A stretch of 64,000 nucleotides of DNA from Phycisphaerae bacterium (GTDB lineage: Bacteria; Planctomycetota; Phycisphaerae; UBA1845; Fen-1342): NCBI GenBank assembly GCA_963675745.2, contig CAXXWX010000027.1, positions 96,001 to 160,000 on the forward strand. The letters are read 5' to 3'. The notes beneath the pieces were generated by a model, which had not been told where the DNA came from, ran no database searches, and saw only the letters and a list, made by a program, of their open reading frames with translations. Both the position numbers and the translations under genes were made by a program. This document shows positions 58,346 through 64,000 of this stretch, in pieces. Within the stretch, counting starts at the first letter, position 1; each line of letters begins with the position of its first letter.

Positions 58346-60094
58346 CTAGCGCAGCGGGATCTTGGTGCTCACGTCTTTTGCGCGCGCGGCGGAGAAGCGG
58401 ATGGTTGCTTCGCCGTCGCCGTGGACCAGCCATTGAAATGTCCGAACGCTTTCGCCGGGGATGCCGTTGTCGATCCAGAGCTTGTGGGGGCTGTGTTTGA
58501 CAAACTCGAACGGGGCGGTGAAGCGATTGTCCAACGTTCCCCCGGCGACAATCTTGGCCGCGGGCGAGGTCAGCGCGATGAAGTCGCGCGGGCCGTAGCG
58601 CCGTTCGGCGGCGCGGACCGTGGTCGTGGGGATGACGCGCGCGTTGTGAACGTCGACGCGCACGCGCCAGAGCTTGTCACCGAGCGACTTGACTTCGACA
58701 TTCTCCAACTCGATCAGCGGCATCTGCTCGGCGTGGTACATCGTGAACGCGAAATTGCGGTGCAGGTCTTCCTCGAGCGCGAAGGCCGGTGGGACGCGCT
58801 CGGTCAGCTTGACCCATCCGCCCAGCTCGATCTCGCCATAGACCGGGTGCTCAAACTTCTTCCAGCCCACGAAGTCCTCGCCGAAGGTCACAAGGTCGTT
58901 GAATTCCATGCGCTCGTGATCCGACGCGTTGTAGTTGCGGTCGTAATACTTCTTGTGCGACCAGAGCTCGTTGGTGAAGCTGATGATGCCCAGGTCTTCC
59001 GCCGTCCAGTCAGAAAACCCGCCGCGTACGACGTACAGATCGCGCCAGGTGATCATGTAGCGGTAAAAGGGAAGCATCTTCTCGCCACGCCGCGCGATGC
59101 GGTCATAGACGGCGACGTCGGCGGGTGGATATGGATGCTCGCTGCCGCCCGGGCCACGCAGGATCATGCCGCCGAAGTTGTGATAGGCCTGCACGGCGGC
59201 GATGTTGGGGTGTGCCAGGACAAAGTCCGCGACGGCCTTTGATTCCGGCAGGCGCAGCGGATATTCGCCCGCGCCATCCTGGACATAGTTGGGCTGCCAG
59301 TCGGCGGGCCAGTCGCGGTTGGGGTCATAGCCGCCGGGGCCGTCCTCGTTGACCTCCCCGTCGCCATCATCATCAACCCCCTCGGTGCCGAGCATCTTGT
59401 AGCGTTTGAACGTCCCTTTTGACTCGGGATCGATCGGCACCATGATGCGCGGATCGTCGGGTGATTCACGCATCTCGCCGTGCGGGTCTTCGCGCCGCAT
59501 CTGAAGGAGCTGGCCGTCGCCGTCGAGGTCGTTGGGCGGATCTTCGTCGAAAAGGCCGTCGCCGTCGTTGTCGACCGGCTTCTGGCCGCCGCGCGAAGTC
59601 CAGGGGTTGTTGGCCTCGCGGAACCAGTAGGCCCGGCCGTCGGGGTTCGCGACCGGCAGGAAGTAGAAGGCGCAGCGGTCGAGCAGCGCGGTCAACTGCT
59701 CGACCTTGCCATAGCTCTTGGTCAGGTACCAGATTGTGTACAGCACGGCCTCGCCGGCCTGGGCCTCGTTGCCGTGGATGTTGCCGTCGATGTACATCGC
59801 GGGCTTGGTGGCCGCGGGCCCCGTCTTGCGGATGTTGAGCGTCACGAGCCAGATGTCGCGGCCTTCGATGCTCTTGCCGATTGATTCGAGCTTTAGCATC
59901 TCGGGATAGGCGGCGGTGAGGTCACGCAGGATCTTCTCAACTTCCTCAAACGTGTTGAGCCGATTCCAGGCGATGTTCACCTTGCTGGGGTACTGGTATT
60001 CGTGCTGCGCGACGGTCGGCGGCACGAACGCGGCGACGGCCATCAGCGCGAGCAGGACAAGCACGCCACCCTTATTGGCGTATGCGCGCATCAT
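58346..60094 (-). CDS. M14 zinc carboxypeptidase
   Basis: GNIHGNE, NPDG, DPNRDWP, YHN and FTNE motifs; signal peptide; DxDxDG repeats. Confidence 0.9.
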   Translation of the reverse strand: MMRAYANKGGVLVLLALMAVAAFVPPTVAQHEYQYPSKVNIAWNRLNTFEEVEKILRDLTAAYPEMLKLESIGKSIEGRDIWLVTLNIRKTGPAATKPAMYIDGNIHGNEAQAGEAVLYTIWYLTKSYGKVEQLTALLDRCAFYFLPVANPDGRAYWFREANNPWTSRGGQKPVDNDGDGLFDEDPPNDLDGDGQLLQMRREDPHGEMRESPDDPRIMVPIDPESKGTFKRYKMLGTEGVDDDGDGEVNEDGPGGYDPNRDWPADWQPNYVQDGAGEYPLRLPESKAVADFVLAHPNIAAVQAYHNFGGMILRGPGGSEHPYPPADVAVYDRIARRGEKMLPFYRYMITWRDLYVVRGGFSDWTAEDLGIISFTNELWSHKKYYDRNYNASDHERMEFNDLVTFGEDFVGWKKFEHPVYGEIELGGWVKLTERVPPAFALEEDLHRNFAFTMYHAEQMPLIELENVEVKSLGDKLWRVRVDVHNARVIPTTTVRAAERRYGPRDFIALTSPAAKIVAGGTLDNRFTAPFEFVKHSPHKLWIDNGIPGESVRTFQWLVHGDGEATIRFSAARAKDVSTKIPLR

Positions 60095-61902
60095 TCACCC
60101 TCCAATCCGGCTCTGACTTCCCGCAGAGTCACGGTCGCGTGCAACTTGCCGTAGGTGCGGCTGTAAGCCGTGAACTCGACACTTTCGCCGCGCGCTCCGC
60201 GCACCAGCCAGCGCAGGGGTACCGAGCCGCCGCTGCCGGGCACATTCTCGACGCGGGCCACCGTTGGCGTGCCCAGCAGTCGCTCGCGCGCGACTTCGGG
60301 CCGCACCACCCAGCCGGGCACGTCCGTGTGCAGCGCGCTGCCACAGTGGGTCGGGAAGTACCCATCATTGGTCAAACGCAGTTCGACCTGCCACACGTCG
60401 CCGCCGGCGTTTGAGATCTCACCGACTTCCAGCCGGACGCGTGGCAGCATCTCGAGCACTTGTTCGAGAAAGCGCAGCTCGCGCTCTGCCAACCCGGTCA
60501 GGGACTCGGGCTTGGGCGCCGTCGCAAAGAATGGGATGAATCCGCCGATTTCGACGCGACCGAGATCGGGGTGCGCCACGGCGGTCCACTCGACAAAAGC
60601 GTGATCTGCGCCCGCTTCATCCGCGAGCGCCAACAGACTCTTGGCCATCTCAGATGATTCCACCAGCGCCGCCACGTCGTCCGCCGGCGCGTCGAACAAT
60701 TTCGGCTCGGCCGGCTTTGCGTCGTCATCTTCGTCGCTATCGCTTGGCGCGGAGGTCGGCTGTGTAGCCGTGGCATCATCCGGATTCGCCTCGGGCCACC
60801 AGACTTGCGTGGCGAAAGTGGGAATCCCGCGTTGGGCGTAAAGCCACGCATAGAAGGCCCCTTCCGGCTTGCAGCCCGTTGACTTCGTCAGGCCGGTGAT
60901 CTCACGGTACTTCTCGCTGACGTGCTTGTAGAGCGGGATGTCGTCAGGGTGCAAATCGCGGTAGGCGATTCCAAGCGGCCCGCGGGCGTCGCCGGTGGGC
61001 ACATTCACGATGTTGTCGTGCCGTCCATACACAATCGCGGCGGCGATATTCGGATGGCTGACGACAAAATCCGCCAGGGCGCGCGTCTCAGGTTCAGAGA
61101 GCTGGTGCGGACCGGTCTCGGGCAGGCCCGGCTCGTAGAAGTGCGGCCAGTTGCGATCCAGATCGACGCCGCCCGCGCCGTCTTCGTTGATCTCACCATC
61201 GCCGTCGTCGTCAACGCCCTCCATGAGCAACCGGTAAACGCCGCGCTCGTCCTTGCCGCGGTTGGCGCGTTTCATCAAACGCGGCTCTTCGGGTTCGGGC
61301 AGCCATTCGGCGCCCGGCTCGCGCACGCGCATGACGGTGATGAAGCCGTCGCTGTTAAGATCGTTCGGACCGTCTTCATCGGTTTTGCCGTCGCGATCGT
61401 CATCAACCGGTCGCAGGTTGCGGTGGTACACACGTTTGGGGGAGGCGAAGAACAGCTCGTCTCCCTCCGGGTTGGCGCGCGGCACGATATAGACGACATA
61501 CCGCCGGAGCAGTCCGGCGACGCCTTCGTGTGTATCCGCAGTCAATGCGTCGAGGACTCCCCGTGTCACGCCCAGCGCCGTCTCAGCACCGGCGGGCCAG
61601 GCCGGGTTCAAGCCGCCGACGACTAACACGCCGACACGTTCGTCAGGTGGCGTGTCACCCGGGGCGGCGATGCGCACGACGAAGATCGGCGCACCGGCCG
61701 TGCTGTGCGTAATGCGCTCGACGCGGACGGCGGCGGGCAAGCGTGTGGCCCAGACTCGCATCGCCTGCTCGAACTCGGAGAACTGGTGGTAGCGCGCCTC
61801 GGTGCCCGCCGCGGCGGCCGGCGGCTCCTGTGCGCGTAATGGCGGGCTGATGGCACATGCCAGGCAGACACCGCCCAGCATAAAGGGAAGCCAACGTTTC
61901 AT
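60091..61902 (-). CDS. M14 carboxypeptidase-fold protein, probably catalytically inactive
   Basis: Same layout as the neighbour (NPEG, DLDRNWP, DDDGDG) but HxxE is replaced by NPAW. Confidence 0.8.
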   Translation of the reverse strand: MKRWLPFMLGGVCLACAISPPLRAQEPPAAAAGTEARYHQFSEFEQAMRVWATRLPAAVRVERITHSTAGAPIFVVRIAAPGDTPPDERVGVLVVGGLNPAWPAGAETALGVTRGVLDALTADTHEGVAGLLRRYVVYIVPRANPEGDELFFASPKRVYHRNLRPVDDDRDGKTDEDGPNDLNSDGFITVMRVREPGAEWLPEPEEPRLMKRANRGKDERGVYRLLMEGVDDDGDGEINEDGAGGVDLDRNWPHFYEPGLPETGPHQLSEPETRALADFVVSHPNIAAAIVYGRHDNIVNVPTGDARGPLGIAYRDLHPDDIPLYKHVSEKYREITGLTKSTGCKPEGAFYAWLYAQRGIPTFATQVWWPEANPDDATATQPTSAPSDSDEDDDAKPAEPKLFDAPADDVAALVESSEMAKSLLALADEAGADHAFVEWTAVAHPDLGRVEIGGFIPFFATAPKPESLTGLAERELRFLEQVLEMLPRVRLEVGEISNAGGDVWQVELRLTNDGYFPTHCGSALHTDVPGWVVRPEVARERLLGTPTVARVENVPGSGGSVPLRWLVRGARGESVEFTAYSRTYGKLHATVTLREVRAGLEGE

Positions 61903-62004
61903 TGCATCCTCGCACAGCAAGTGTTGGTTTGACGGCGGGCGCTATCCGCAAGAGCCGGCACCATGATAGTCGCCCACGTGGAAGAATCCGAGCGCCAGCC
62001 GCGT

Positions 62005-62156
62005 GTGCAGTTTTCAGTTTTCAGAGGCAGAGAGTGAGGGACTAAGGGAATGAGGGACTAAGGGATTAAGATGGGTACTCGATAGCCGGCCCTCATTCCC
62101 TCAATCCCTCATTCCCTCAATCCCTCTGTTCCCCGTTCCCCGTTCCCTGTTCCCTT
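62005..62156. repeat. Short tandem heptamer/octamer repeats forming an inverted arrangement
   Basis: GTTTTCA x2; octamers of the GAGGGA(C/A)T/AAGGGA(A/T)T type facing (CCCTCA(T/A)T)n; (GTTCCCC)n. Confidence 0.7.
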
Positions 62157-63187
62157 TTATCCGCATCATTGGCGTAGCACTCGCGCGGGCCGATGTATTC
62201 GGGCCAGATCCCACGCTCGACCAGGAACTGCCGCACGTCCGTACACAGATGGCATTTGTCGGCGTAACCGTCCGCGCGCGGCGAATATCCGAAGGCCTGG
62301 GCCTGCCGCACAAGTTCGTAGCTGCCGCCGGCGACAACCGCCGCTACGACCGGGTGCTCCCGCCAATTCGCCGCCAGCTCGTGCCACACGTCATCAACAG
62401 CGCGCTGTGCGGCACAACCGAGGATTATTCCGCCACACGTGCCCGGGAAGATGTTGCCGTAGGCATCGATATGTACATGCCGGCTTTGCAGCACCGCGGC
62501 GCGGCAGTTTTCCCCCGCAAAACTCTCCGCGGGCGAACGCGGCAGAAGTCGGGCCAACCGCAGGGCGGCGCGGCCGGTGAGCCGCTCTCTCTGGTGCGCC
62601 AGGGCTTCGGCGAACGCCGCGTCGCGCTGGGCGACGCTCGCGCCACGCACCTCGCGCGGGTGATTGTAGAAGTCCCACCAGCGCACGATATAGCGCCGGC
62701 CTCCCAGCACTTCGCGCGCCCCGTCGACGAGCCGTTGCACGCGCGCAAACGGGATGAACTCCTGGTGATAGACGTCAGCGCTGACGATCAGGCGTTGCAT
62801 CCCCAGGGCGTTGAGCAGCTCGAGCCGCGTGCGCACGACATTGTCATCCGTAGCCCAGAAGGCGTTGGTCTCGATCTTCTCCAAGAAGGTCAAGCCCGCA
62901 TCGCGCGCCGCGCGCATCACGCCGGCGAGTCGAGCCCAGTTGCCAAATGGCTCGCCGCCGGCCAGGTGGATACGCATGGTCTTGCCATGCGTCGCGGCAA
63001 GTCGGTCCAGCTCGGACCAGAGCTTGACCGCGAACTCCACACTCATCTCGCCCCCGCGGTCGGGGCCGCTGTAGACGTAACAGAATGCGCAGCGGGCGTT
63101 GCACCAGTACGTGAGCAGGAGCCCGGCGAACTCCCAAATGGCGAGTTTGCCGGGGGCGCTGGATTCCTTGTCGCATTCGTGTGTCAC
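62117..63187 (-). CDS. Radical SAM protein
   Basis: CNARCAFC, AGGEP, ETNAFWA, SADVYHQEF and C-terminal KCHLC; GTG start inferred. Confidence 0.85.
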   Translation of the reverse strand: MTHECDKESSAPGKLAIWEFAGLLLTYWCNARCAFCYVYSGPDRGGEMSVEFAVKLWSELDRLAATHGKTMRIHLAGGEPFGNWARLAGVMRAARDAGLTFLEKIETNAFWATDDNVVRTRLELLNALGMQRLIVSADVYHQEFIPFARVQRLVDGAREVLGGRRYIVRWWDFYNHPREVRGASVAQRDAAFAEALAHQRERLTGRAALRLARLLPRSPAESFAGENCRAAVLQSRHVHIDAYGNIFPGTCGGIILGCAAQRAVDDVWHELAANWREHPVVAAVVAGGSYELVRQAQAFGYSPRADGYADKCHLCTDVRQFLVERGIWPEYIGPRECYANDADKREQGTGNGEQRD

Positions 63188-63207
63188 GTGTGGCGCCTGC
63201 ACGCGCT

Positions 63208-63287
63208 GTAGCGGCCTGCGGGGCGCAGGCCGTCGATGCACCAAGCTGTTTCCGATACACCGCGGCCTGCGAGGCGCAGGCCGCTAC
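63208..63287. repeat. Inverted pair of GTAG REP palindromes (family C)
   Basis: GTAGCGGCCTGCGGGGCGCAGGCCG ... CGGCCTGCGAGGCGCAGGCCGCTAC. Confidence 0.75.
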
Positions 63288-63320
63288 GCGCCGCGCGAAG
63301 CCGCTTCGGCGGCAGCCTCG

Positions 63321-64000
63321 CTACCGCCGACCGGCCGGCTGTGAAAGATCCACGCCCAGTTGTGCGGCGGCGGCATCGGCCGTCTGGTCAATCAGCATGG
63401 CGATCGTCATCGGCCCCACGCCACCGGGTACGGGCGTGATCAAGCGTGCCTTCTTGATCACGCCGTCAAAATCCACGTCGCCGATGTTGCCCGGGTTATA
63501 GCCGGCGTCAATGACCACGGCGCCTTCCTTGACCCAGTCGGCGCGCACGAATCGGGGCCGCCCCACCGCGGCGATCAACACATCGGCAAACCGCAGAATA
63601 CTGGGCAAGTCTCTCGTGCGCGAGTGACAGAGTGTTACGGTGGCATGCCGGTTGATCAGCAGCGACGCCATCGGGCGCCCCAGGATCGGGCTGCGCCCCA
63701 CAACCATGGCTTCGATGCCGTCGAGGTTCACCGCGTATTCGTCAAGCAGGCGCATAATTCCGCGCGGCGTGCACGGGATATACGCCGGCATCCCCAGAAT
63801 CACGCGTCCCAGCGTTGCGGAGGTGACACCATCAACATCCTTGATCAGCGGGATCGCCTCAAAGGCGGCGCGCTTGTCAATCGGCTGCGGCACGGGGTGT
63901 TGCAGCAAGATGCCGTGTACGCTGGTGTCTGTGCCCAGGGCGTTGATCTTGGCCACCAACTCGTCGGTGGTTGTGGACATGGGCAACTCGAGGCTGATCG
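63321..64000 (-). CDS. folD: Bifunctional methylene-THF dehydrogenase/cyclohydrolase, C-terminal part (runs off the right edge)
   Basis: HGILLQHP, KDVDG, PCTP, GRSPILGRP and TPVPGGVGPMT motifs. Confidence 0.95.
   Translation of the reverse strand, partial: ISLELPMSTTTDELVAKINALGTDTSVHGILLQHPVPQPIDKRAAFEAIPLIKDVDGVTSATLGRVILGMPAYIPCTPRGIMRLLDEYAVNLDGIEAMVVGRSPILGRPMASLLINRHATVTLCHSRTRDLPSILRFADVLIAAVGRPRFVRADWVKEGAVVIDAGYNPGNIGDVDFDGVIKKARLITPVPGGVGPMTIAMLIDQTADAAAAQLGVDLSQPAGRR

Overview
High-GC bacterial chromosomal window, most consistent with a Planctomycetota (Phycisphaerae-like) genome. This is inferred from the ECF/Ser-Thr kinase pair, the planctomycete-type sigma-70 factor, the HEAT-repeat plus Tat-exported Gfo/Idh/MocA pair and a dockerin-like secreted protein. 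It is mostly housekeeping and metabolic genes: nifJ/PFOR (partial), malic enzyme, a globin-coupled kinase/NtrC system, tatA, trpE, rlmN, a GspE/PilC/pseudopilin cluster, flagellin, motAB, acyl-CoA dehydrogenase, rsgA, queDE, recQ, tsaD, two M14 peptidases and folD (partial). It also carries one complete IS4-family element and a tRNA-Arg(UCG). The most unusual signals are non-coding: (1) a free-standing ~310-nt highly structured minus-strand transcript (38486-38797) with its own promoter and terminator, a possible pseudoknot, and a 13-nt Shine-Dalgarno fully complementary to the canonical 16S 3' end ahead of a 6-codon mini-ORF; (2) a leader-peptide/attenuator-like structured 5' region ahead of an rsgA-GNAT-methyltransferase operon; (3) a structured RNA converging on a DUF3800-like nuclease gene; (4) an IS4 inserted into a REP-like hairpin. 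All calls come from reading the sequence by eye; no searches or folding programs were run.
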